Of a stretch of 64,000 nucleotides of DNA, positions 1 to 7,498 are shown one piece after another (within the stretch, counting starts at the first letter, position 1; every line of letters starts with the position of its first letter). The DNA lies in the NCBI GenBank assembly GCA_036985855.1, contig BTQL01000005.1, positions 10,136-74,135 on the forward strand, given 5' to 3'. The DNA is from Acidimicrobiia bacterium (GTDB taxonomy: Bacteria; Actinomycetota; Acidimicrobiia; Spongiisociales; UBA5794). The position numbers were made by a program, and so were the translations under genes. Below the pieces are notes generated by a model. It did no database searches. It was not told the DNA's origin and saw only the letters and a program-made list of their open reading frames with translations.

Positions 1-948
1 CTCAGGGTTGTCCTTGAGATATACCTTGGCTTTCTCGCGACCCTGACCAAGCTGATCCCCGTCATAGGTGTACCACGCGCCTGCCTTACGAACGATGTTC
101 TGTTCAACAGCGACATCGATCAGGCTGCCTTCTCGTGAGATTCCCTCACCGAACATGATGTCGAACTCCGCAAGCCGGAACGGTGGCGCAACCTTGTTCT
201 TGACGATCTTCGTACGTACACGGTTTCCGATGTTCTCCGTACCGACCTTGATCGCCTCGATGCGGCGGATATCGATCCGCACGCTCGAGTAGAACTTGAG
301 GGCCCTACCACCAGGTGTCGTTTCCGAGCTTCCGAACATGACACCGATCTTCTCACGCAGCTGGTTGATGAAGATCGCCGTTGTGTCCGAGCGGTTGATC
401 GTGCCTGCGAGCTTCCGCAGCGCCTGGGACATGAGACGAGCCTGGAGCCCCATGTGTGTATCGCCCATATCTCCTTCGAGTTCCGCACGGGGTACGAGTG
501 CCGCCACAGAGTCGATGACAACGACATCCAGGGCTCCCGACCGAATGAGCATGTCGGCGATTTCCAGGGCCTGTTCCCCTGTGTCGGGCTGGGAGATCAG
601 TAACTCGTCGATATCGACACCGATGGCCTTCGCATACATCGGATCGAGCGCATGTTCTGCGTCGATGAATGCCGCTGCGCCTCCGTTGCGCTGTGCCTCA
701 GCAAGGATGTGGAGAGCAAGTGTCGTCTTTCCGGATGACTCCGGCCCGAAGATCTCAACGATCCGACCTCGAGGGACGCCGCCGATGCCAAGAGCAAGGT
801 CGAGAGACAGCGCACCCGTAGGGATCGCAGCGATCTGGCGAATATCATCTGCGCCGAGACGCATGATGGCGCCCTTACCGAACTGTCGCTCGATCTGAGC
901 CATCGCCATCTCGAGGTTCTTGTCACGGTCGCTCTGTTCTGGGGCCAT
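1..948 (-). CDS. recA: Recombinase RecA (partial; C-terminal end lies beyond window start, 316 codons present)
   Basis: Absent from the ORF track because there is no in-window stop. Reverse translation from the ATG at 948 gives [32 protein letters not shown]... with Walker [10 protein letters not shown] and the RecA L1/L2 region. An SOS box lies about 100 nt upstream. Confidence 0.95.
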   Translation of the reverse strand, partial: MAPEQSDRDKNLEMAMAQIERQFGKGAIMRLGADDIRQIAAIPTGALSLDLALGIGGVPRGRIVEIFGPESSGKTTLALHILAEAQRNGGAAAFIDAEHALDPMYAKAIGVDIDELLISQPDTGEQALEIADMLIRSGALDVVVIDSVAALVPRAELEGDMGDTHMGLQARLMSQALRKLAGTINRSDTTAIFINQLREKIGVMFGSSETTPGGRALKFYSSVRIDIRRIEAIKVGTENIGNRVRTKIVKNKVAPPFRLAEFDIMFGEGISREGSLIDVAVEQNIVRKAGAWYTYDGDQLGQGREKAKVYLKDNPE

Positions 949-1049
949 CGGGGTTCCCTTTCATCGATTGCCGTCAAGGTACCGAGTGTCTGTGACAGAT
1001 TACGCCGCAAATCACACGGATGGCATTCACTGTTTCGCTCACAGACTAA

Positions 1050-1065
1050 CCGAACAGGTGTTCGA
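1050..1065 (-). promoter_or_regulatory. LexA (SOS) box candidate upstream of recA: CCGAACAGGTGTTCGA
   Basis: 15 of 16 positions match the actinobacterial LexA consensus TCGAAC-N4-GTTCGA. It lies 102-117 nt upstream of the recA start. Confidence 0.7.
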
Positions 1066-1090
1066 TGTCGAGGATATCGAACCTTTGGGC

Positions 1091-1140
1091 CGTTCTCTGG
1101 GCTGAAGACCGGACCCAGTGCGGTCTGGAACCCTGGGTTT
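1091..1140. repeat. Copy A of a ~50-nt repeated intergenic element with core TGGAACCCTGGGTT
   Basis: By-eye alignment to 15855..15904 gives 42/50 identical overall and 30/35 in the 3' core. It abuts the thpR stop codon. Confidence 0.6.
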
Positions 1141-1143
1141 CGA

Positions 1144-1695
1144 TCACGGGAGGGGGAGGCTGTCGACGGGCTCGTAGCGGATGCCGTCCGTGTTTCGGCG
1201 AGTACGGAACAGGGTGACGGCACGAACACCGATGCGCACGCGGAAGTCATCCCATGATTGGAACGTGTGACTCACATCGACCGCAGGTCGGGCTCTCGTC
1301 AGGGTCAGGTGCGGTACATAGGGTCGATCCTCTGGTTCGAAACCGACGGCCACCGCAGCGTCGTCACACCACACTGCCAAACGATCGAGCAGACCCGCCT
1401 CGTCTTCGATGGTGACAAAGAGAACACCCGCCTTCGCGAGCCTTGGGAACGCATCAAGTCCCATGCCCCACACGGTTCCCTTTTCCATGTCGTTCGTGTC
1501 CGAGAGCTGATGCATGATCCGTTCGGCCTGCGTGTCGGTGCATTCCCCCAGAAATCGAAGGGTGATGTGCCAGTTCACCGGAGGGGTCTTTCGTCCCGGC
1601 AACCGTCGTCCAGGGTTCGCAGCCGTCAGTGCTGCCGCAAGCATGTGCCGCTCGTCCGTGTTGAGGTCGACCGCGAGGAACGCGTGGTCACTCAC
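1144..1695 (-). CDS. thpR: RNA 2',3'-cyclic phosphodiesterase / 2'-5' RNA ligase family (2H phosphoesterase)
   Basis: 183 aa with two H-x-T-x motifs (HITLRF and HLTLTR) typical of the LigT/ThpR family. Confidence 0.8.
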   Translation of the reverse strand: MSDHAFLAVDLNTDERHMLAAALTAANPGRRLPGRKTPPVNWHITLRFLGECTDTQAERIMHQLSDTNDMEKGTVWGMGLDAFPRLAKAGVLFVTIEDEAGLLDRLAVWCDDAAVAVGFEPEDRPYVPHLTLTRARPAVDVSHTFQSWDDFRVRIGVRAVTLFRTRRNTDGIRYEPVDSLPLP

Positions 1696-2933
1696 GACTC
1701 GAGGATCGCCATACGGACCAGATGCAGCGCTGCGGTTGCGGTGTACGCCCTGACGCGTTCCCTGTCACCAGGCAGGTGCAACGTACGCACCGATGAGTAA
1801 CCGGGGGTCGTCACGGCGACGATCATCGTGCCGACCGGCTGCTCGAGAGGTTCCGGGCCGGCCGAACCGGTGACGGCTACCGCGACATCGACGGCGAGAA
1901 GGGATCGCGCTCCCTCGGCCATGGCCTGCGCCGTGGCTTCCGATACAACGCCGTGCTCGTTGATCGTCGCTTCCGGAACGCCGAGGATGCTCGACTTCAG
2001 ATCCGATGCATACGCCACGACCGAGCCGCGGAAAGTGGCGCTCGCGCCGGGGAGGCTGGTGAGTCGCCTACCGACGAGACCTCCCGTCGCGGACTCCGCC
2101 GTGCCGATCGTCCACCCACGCGACTCGAGCTCTGTGCGGATAACGCGTTCGATCGTCTCGTCATCCGACCCGAAGATTCGCTCCCCGATTCGATCTCTCA
2201 CCTCGGCCTCCACAGGGGCAATCAAGGAACGAGCCTCGTCATCGGACTCGGCAAGCGCCGTGATCCGGATCTTGATCTCACCCGCAGACGCGAGAAAGGC
2301 GATCGTCGGATTCTCAGACCTGTCGAAGAGTTCTTGCAGCTCCTCCCCCACTTTGGCTTCTGACATCCCCCAGCTGCGAAGCACTCTGCTGACGACCACC
2401 CGACCGTCGCCCTCCTCGTCGCGCAGGGATGGCAGAACGAAGTCGTCGACCATCGCGAGCATCTCCTGTGGCACGCCGGGAAGCGCAAAGATCCAACAGT
2501 CGTCCACCTCGATCCGGAATCCTGGCGCCGAACCCTTGGCGTTGGCAATGATGTCCGCTCCCTCCGGCCTGAACGCCTGTCTCAGGTTCGATTCGGGAAA
2601 CGGACGGTCGGGCCAAAGCCTGGTCCATCGCTCCCTGAGGACATGCTCATAGCTCTCGTCATACACGAGCGGTACCCCTGCAATTGCTGCCACAGCGTCA
2701 CGCGTGATGTCATCCGCTGTAGGACCGATGCCTCCGGTGATGATGAGCGCATCGGAGCGAGCGACCGCGTTTCGAATGGCCGATTCCATGCGTGCGGCAT
2801 TGTCGCCGACAACACTCTGGTTCAGGTGGGTGAACCCGCTGTCGGCCAGTCGGGTAGCGATGTTCTTGGCATTCGTGTTCGTGATCTGGCCGAGCAGAAG
2901 CTCCGTGCCGACGGCAAGTGTTTCGACAATCAC
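1692..2933 (-). CDS. cinA: Competence/damage-inducible protein CinA (MoCF-binding domain + nicotinamide-nucleotide amidase PncC domain)
   Basis: 413 aa. N-terminus is MIVETLAVGTELLLGQITNTNAKNIATRLADSGF and the C-terminal region is CinA/PncC-like. The ATGA-type overlap with thpR suggests an operon. Confidence 0.9.
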   Translation of the reverse strand: MIVETLAVGTELLLGQITNTNAKNIATRLADSGFTHLNQSVVGDNAARMESAIRNAVARSDALIITGGIGPTADDITRDAVAAIAGVPLVYDESYEHVLRERWTRLWPDRPFPESNLRQAFRPEGADIIANAKGSAPGFRIEVDDCWIFALPGVPQEMLAMVDDFVLPSLRDEEGDGRVVVSRVLRSWGMSEAKVGEELQELFDRSENPTIAFLASAGEIKIRITALAESDDEARSLIAPVEAEVRDRIGERIFGSDDETIERVIRTELESRGWTIGTAESATGGLVGRRLTSLPGASATFRGSVVAYASDLKSSILGVPEATINEHGVVSEATAQAMAEGARSLLAVDVAVAVTGSAGPEPLEQPVGTMIVAVTTPGYSSVRTLHLPGDRERVRAYTATAALHLVRMAILES

Positions 2934-4246
2934 TGCGGCACCACCGTTGCGGAGAGGTCGGTGCCGTATGCACCATCGATCGTGGCCGTGACCCAGTCCC
3001 CGGTGTCACCCTTGTCGAGCAGGATCATCCCGTCGATCTCGGGGGCTTCGCGATATGATCGGCCAACAGCACGACCGCCCTCGACCTGATCGATCAAGAT
3101 CTGCAGGGTTCGGCCAACCGTTGCCGCGTTCTTTGCGGCCGTGATGTCATCCTGGATTTCCTGGAGGTGGCGCATGCGTTCGTTGATCTCTTCGGTTGGG
3201 ACCTGACCTGGCATCGTTGCGGCATCGGTGCCGTCTTCGGCCGAGTACGGAAAGAAACCTGCCCAGTCGAGCTGTGCCTCCCTGAGGAACTCTGCAAGAC
3301 CGTCAACAGCATCCTCGTCTTCGCCCGGATATCCCACGATGAAACTCGATCGAGTTGCAGCATCCGGGGCCGCGCTCCTGATGCGATCGATCAGTTCGAG
3401 ATGTTGAGCGCCACTCCCCGGCCTGCGCATCGAGCGAAGCAGAGCGGCAGATGCGTGTTGCAATGAGAGATCGAAATAGTTCGCGATGGTTGGATGACCA
3501 ACCATGATGTCGATGAGCCCCCGGCGGATCTCTCTCGGATACAGGTAGTAGAGACGCAAGCGCCCGAGTCCCTCGATCGAGCCAGAGCGCTCGACAAGCT
3601 GCTCGATCGCACCCGATCCGTTGTCCCTTCCGTAGGCAGCGAGATCCTGGGCCACGAGGACGATCTCCTGTACGCCGAGCCCGACGAGACCCTCGATCTC
3701 GGCGACGATGCTGTCACCTGAACGGGAACGCTGCCTCCCTCGGATGAGCGGGATGGCACAGAAGGCGCATGTCTTGTCGCAACCCTCCGCGATCTTGACG
3801 TAAGCGTACGGAGTGGATGGAGTTGGTCGTTTCACTATGTCGAGGATGTCCATGTGGGATCGGCGGAAAGCCGAGAACTCAACGGGTTGCCATCCGGTCA
3901 GGGTGTCGAGATCGTCGACAAGTTCCGGATATCGGCTCAGGCCGATCACTGCATCGGCCTCCGGCAGCGCCTCGATCAGTTCCTGTTCGTACCGTTGGGC
4001 CATGCAACCCATGACGACGAGCTTGGCGTCATCACGCTTCGCTTCCGCGACGGCAAGGATCGTGTCGATGGACTCCCTCCGGGCCTCCTCGATGAACGCA
4101 CACGTATTCACCATCACCACGTCGGCTGTTTCGGGATCCGGCGCATGGCTGTAGCCGGATTCACCGAGCACGGCGGTGATCTTGTCGGAATCAACCTGGT
4201 TCTTGGAGCAGCCGAGTGTTGTCAGCCAGACGGTGGGTGCGGACAT
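2930..4246 (-). CDS. rimO: Ribosomal protein S12 methylthiotransferase RimO (radical SAM, UPF0004 + TRAM)
   Basis: 438 aa with TLGCSKNQVDSD and NTCAFIEEARRESIDTI N-terminal motifs and a radical-SAM CxxxCxxC (CDKTCAFC). The position between ftsK and cinA matches actinobacterial synteny. Confidence 0.85.
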   Translation of the reverse strand: MSAPTVWLTTLGCSKNQVDSDKITAVLGESGYSHAPDPETADVVMVNTCAFIEEARRESIDTILAVAEAKRDDAKLVVMGCMAQRYEQELIEALPEADAVIGLSRYPELVDDLDTLTGWQPVEFSAFRRSHMDILDIVKRPTPSTPYAYVKIAEGCDKTCAFCAIPLIRGRQRSRSGDSIVAEIEGLVGLGVQEIVLVAQDLAAYGRDNGSGAIEQLVERSGSIEGLGRLRLYYLYPREIRRGLIDIMVGHPTIANYFDLSLQHASAALLRSMRRPGSGAQHLELIDRIRSAAPDAATRSSFIVGYPGEDEDAVDGLAEFLREAQLDWAGFFPYSAEDGTDAATMPGQVPTEEINERMRHLQEIQDDITAAKNAATVGRTLQILIDQVEGGRAVGRSYREAPEIDGMILLDKGDTGDWVTATIDGAYGTDLSATVVPQ

Positions 4247-4266
4247 GGTGGAAGTGTACGGTGACC

Positions 4267-5148
4267 CTATCGGAGGGGAACCATCTCTCCGATTCGTTTG
4301 CGGAACTGGATTCGTTCCGTGTAACCGACCGATCGGGCGAGTTCGACGGCCTTGTCCCTATCGCGCGCAACATCTGACGGCACATGGGCGTCTGACGCAA
4401 GGGTGATCGGAACGCGATGGTTGAAGAACCGCTGCAGCAGCGGTTCCGCCGGGTACATCTCTCGTGCCCGCTGGTACAAGCCCGCGGTCGATACCTCCAC
4501 TGCGATGCCGCCCCTCGCTGCCGCAACCGCGAGTTCCTCATAGAGATCTGCCGGTTCGTGATCGATTCTCAGCCCCTGTTTCTTGATGACATCAGCATGG
4601 GCGAGGACATCAAACAGGCCCGATACAGCGAGTTCAGACTCCATGTGGAAGTAGTCCTCATAGGACTTGACAGGGCCCCGGCGATCGAACTCGAATGTCT
4701 GATCGGGCCCGTCAAGACCCCATGCACCAAGCCAGTGCGTCGAAGCGATCAGGAAGTCGAACGGGTACGGCTTGAGGAACTCCGCCACAGTCTCGACTGT
4801 TTCGGGGAAGAAGTCGACCTCGAGGCCGAGCAACACAGGCAGACCACGGTCCTTGGCATCGACGACTGCCTGGACGTATCGATCGAGCGAGAGCACACGC
4901 TCGGCCCGCACGAAGGCCTTCGTGTAGTCACGCAGATCCTTCCGTGGATCGGTTTTCCACCACTTGCCCAGGATCGGCTTGGATTCGACGCACCGATACA
5001 GGTGTTCGGTGAATCCGATCTCGTCTACTCCATTCGCCTGCGCGGTGTCTACATAGGCCTCGATGTGACCGATCGGATACTGGCCGGGCGGCGGCCCTTC
5101 CCCTTCGTATGGCCCGTGTTTGTGGAGATGTACGTGGTAGTCGCCCAT
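4267..5148 (-). CDS. PHP-domain phosphoesterase, histidinol-phosphatase HisJ-like family
   Basis: 293 aa. It has an N-terminal DYHVHL metal-binding motif and later H/D ligands (FTEHL, STHW, LAHAD, SDAH) typical of PHP hydrolases. Confidence 0.65.
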   Translation of the reverse strand: MGDYHVHLHKHGPYEGEGPPPGQYPIGHIEAYVDTAQANGVDEIGFTEHLYRCVESKPILGKWWKTDPRKDLRDYTKAFVRAERVLSLDRYVQAVVDAKDRGLPVLLGLEVDFFPETVETVAEFLKPYPFDFLIASTHWLGAWGLDGPDQTFEFDRRGPVKSYEDYFHMESELAVSGLFDVLAHADVIKKQGLRIDHEPADLYEELAVAAARGGIAVEVSTAGLYQRAREMYPAEPLLQRFFNHRVPITLASDAHVPSDVARDRDKAVELARSVGYTERIQFRKRIGEMVPLR

Positions 5149-5214
5149 GGGGAGTGACGGTAGTCCCCCTCTGGTATCAGGCAGCAGTCGTCAGAGAGAG
5201 CGACCAAGAGGTCG

Positions 5215-5628
5215 TCAGCCCGCTTCGGGGATGTCAACGCCGCGGTCGATGAGGGTGCCTTTGATGACACCGATGCGAGCCTTGATCTTGGGGAGCCCGT
5301 GGGCATCGTCGATTGCTTTGTTGATCTTGACACCACCGAGGTTGCCCATCTCAGAGGTCGATGCGCCGCCACTCCCGGCTTGCACAACGAGGTCGATTCG
5401 CATCGCTTCGATCGACTTCATCCGGCCCCTGAGTCCACCGAGCTCTCTGAGCAGGTCCTCGTCTGTGCGGTCTGAGTCGATCATCTGGGCGTAACCCGCC
5501 GCTTCGTCACGAAGGTGGTCTCGCTCTTTCAGCAACTCGTACTTCTCTGCAAATGCGTCGTCGGGGAGGTCAAGCAGCCGTCTCTGGACATCGGCGAGCT
5601 TGGCAGTGATATCGGTTGTATCAGGCAT
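5215..5628 (-). CDS. Hypothetical 137-aa coiled-coil protein (paralog of 27260..27673)
   Basis: The ORF has a coding-like composition and no motif I recognise. It is collinear with the other 137-aa ORF. Confidence 0.55.
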   Translation of the reverse strand: MPDTTDITAKLADVQRRLLDLPDDAFAEKYELLKERDHLRDEAAGYAQMIDSDRTDEDLLRELGGLRGRMKSIEAMRIDLVVQAGSGGASTSEMGNLGGVKINKAIDDAHGLPKIKARIGVIKGTLIDRGVDIPEAG

Positions 5629-5813
5629 GCGGCGACGCTACCACCCCAGAGGTGATTCGAGGAGGCAAATCTCGAGTGCGCCTCATGCATCCGGGTGCAT
5701 CGAACGCATCGTCTGGCCCGACAACTTGTGCCACACCGATCGCTGTGGCTCGATCGCGAACGGCTCGTCCACCGTCTACTGTCTACCGTCAACGGTCTAG
5801 TGAGGTTTCCGCT

Positions 5814-7430
5814 ATGCATATGCAGGACGACTTTCCTCTGCTTCTGAGCACGCTCTATGACAATGCTGTGTGGCAGTACCCCCAGCAGGAGATCGTTTCG
5901 GTCGAGGCAGACCGGTCGATCCACCGGACGACGTATGCCGAGACGGATGTCCGTGTTCGCAAGCTCGCCACGGCTCTGTCCGAGAAACTCGGAACCGCTG
6001 CCGGTGATGCGATCGCGACGTTCGCGTGGAACAACCATCGTCACCATGAGCTGTACTGGGCGACCGCGAACACGGGACGAATCTGCCACACCCTCAACAT
6101 CCGGTTGTTCGCGAAGCAGCTCGAATACATCGTGAACCACGCCGGGGACAAGGTCTTGTTCATCGACCCGGACCTCGCACCATTGATCGCACCGCTCGTC
6201 CCAACGTTCGAGACCGTGGAACACGTCGTCATCATGGGACCGACGGCCGAAGGCTCAGGGATCGACGGTGCGATCGCATACGAGGATCTGATAGCCGACG
6301 TCGAGCCGCTCTCGGAATGGCCTCTGCTCGACGAACGCAGCCCGATGATGTATTGCTACACATCCGGAACGACCGGAAACCCCAAAGGTGTCGCGTACAC
6401 GCAGCGTTCGACGTATCTCCATGCGCTTTCGAACCTGACGGCCAACCCGATTGGGACCGAGGACAACGTACTCCCTGTTGTGCCCATGTTCCACGCATCG
6501 GCCTGGGGATACCCGTTCATGGCGGTCACCGTCGGCGCAAAGCTGACCTATCCGGGACCCGATCTGTCCGGTGAGGGCATCGTGAATCTCTTCGTGAACG
6601 AACGGGTGACGTTCTCAGCCGGTGTTCCAAGCGTTTGGTTCGGTATCCAGCAGCATCTCGAAGCCAACCCCGACATCGACATCTCCCATATCAGAGCCTT
6701 GTTCTGTGGAGGGTCAGCCGTTCCGAGGTCGATGATCGACTGGTTCGAGAAGAATGCTGCCGTCCGTGTCATCCAGGGGTGGGGCATGACCGAAACCAAT
6801 CCGGTAGCCGCTGCTGCAACGATCAAGCCGTGGATGGAGGACTGGTCATGGGAGGATCAGCTGAACGTCCTCGAGACCGCAGGACGGCCGATTCCCGGTC
6901 TGCAGGTGAAGATCGTCGATGAGCACTTCGAACCGTTACCACACGACGGTGTTGCGTTTGGCGAACTACTCATCAGGGGCCCATGGATCGCAGCCGAGTA
7001 CTTCAACGATCCCCGCTCATCTGACTCGTTCGTCGATGGGTGGCTGCGAACGGGCGATGTGTGCAAGATCACACCGGATGGTTACATCAGGATCACGGAC
7101 CGAGCCAAGGACGTGATCAAGTCGGGTGGTGAGTGGATATCGTCCCTCGACGTCGAGAACGAGATCATGGCACATCCGGAGGTCGCTGAAGCCACCGTCG
7201 TTGGCCTGGCGCATCCCAAGTGGCAGGAACGTCCCGCAGCTTTTGTCGTGCTCAGAGAGGGCTCCACACTCACGTCGGACGAGGTCAAGACGTTCTTGGA
7301 GCCCCGTATCGCACACTGGTGGATGCCCGATGAGATCATCTTCATCGACGAGATCCCGAAAACGGGGACAGGCAAGTTCGACAAGAAGGTCGTCCGCGCC
7401 GAATACGAAAACCTCTATACGGGCAACTGA
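5814..7430 (+). CDS. Fatty-acid--CoA ligase (AMP-dependent synthetase/ligase family)
   Basis: The true start is taken at MHMQDDFPLL. The upstream part of track ORF 5616.. is Arg/Ser-rich and overlaps the divergent gene. AMP-binding motifs YTSGTTGNPKG and GWGMTE are present, with GEW...K near the C-terminus. Confidence 0.85.
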   Translation: MHMQDDFPLLLSTLYDNAVWQYPQQEIVSVEADRSIHRTTYAETDVRVRKLATALSEKLGTAAGDAIATFAWNNHRHHELYWATANTGRICHTLNIRLFAKQLEYIVNHAGDKVLFIDPDLAPLIAPLVPTFETVEHVVIMGPTAEGSGIDGAIAYEDLIADVEPLSEWPLLDERSPMMYCYTSGTTGNPKGVAYTQRSTYLHALSNLTANPIGTEDNVLPVVPMFHASAWGYPFMAVTVGAKLTYPGPDLSGEGIVNLFVNERVTFSAGVPSVWFGIQQHLEANPDIDISHIRALFCGGSAVPRSMIDWFEKNAAVRVIQGWGMTETNPVAAAATIKPWMEDWSWEDQLNVLETAGRPIPGLQVKIVDEHFEPLPHDGVAFGELLIRGPWIAAEYFNDPRSSDSFVDGWLRTGDVCKITPDGYIRITDRAKDVIKSGGEWISSLDVENEIMAHPEVAEATVVGLAHPKWQERPAAFVVLREGSTLTSDEVKTFLEPRIAHWWMPDEIIFIDEIPKTGTGKFDKKVVRAEYENLYTGN

Positions 7431-7450
7431 CGTGACGCCTGCATGACGAA

Positions 7451-7473
7451 GAGCGCCGCGGGCGACGGCGCTC
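7451..7473. terminator. GC-rich hairpin between convergent fadD-like and ftsK genes (GAGCGCCG-N7-CGGCGCTC)
   Basis: Perfect 8-bp stem seen in the sequence. The U-tract is weak on both strands. Confidence 0.4.
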
Positions 7474-7498
7474 CTCTGGGGTTATGGATTGGCGATCC

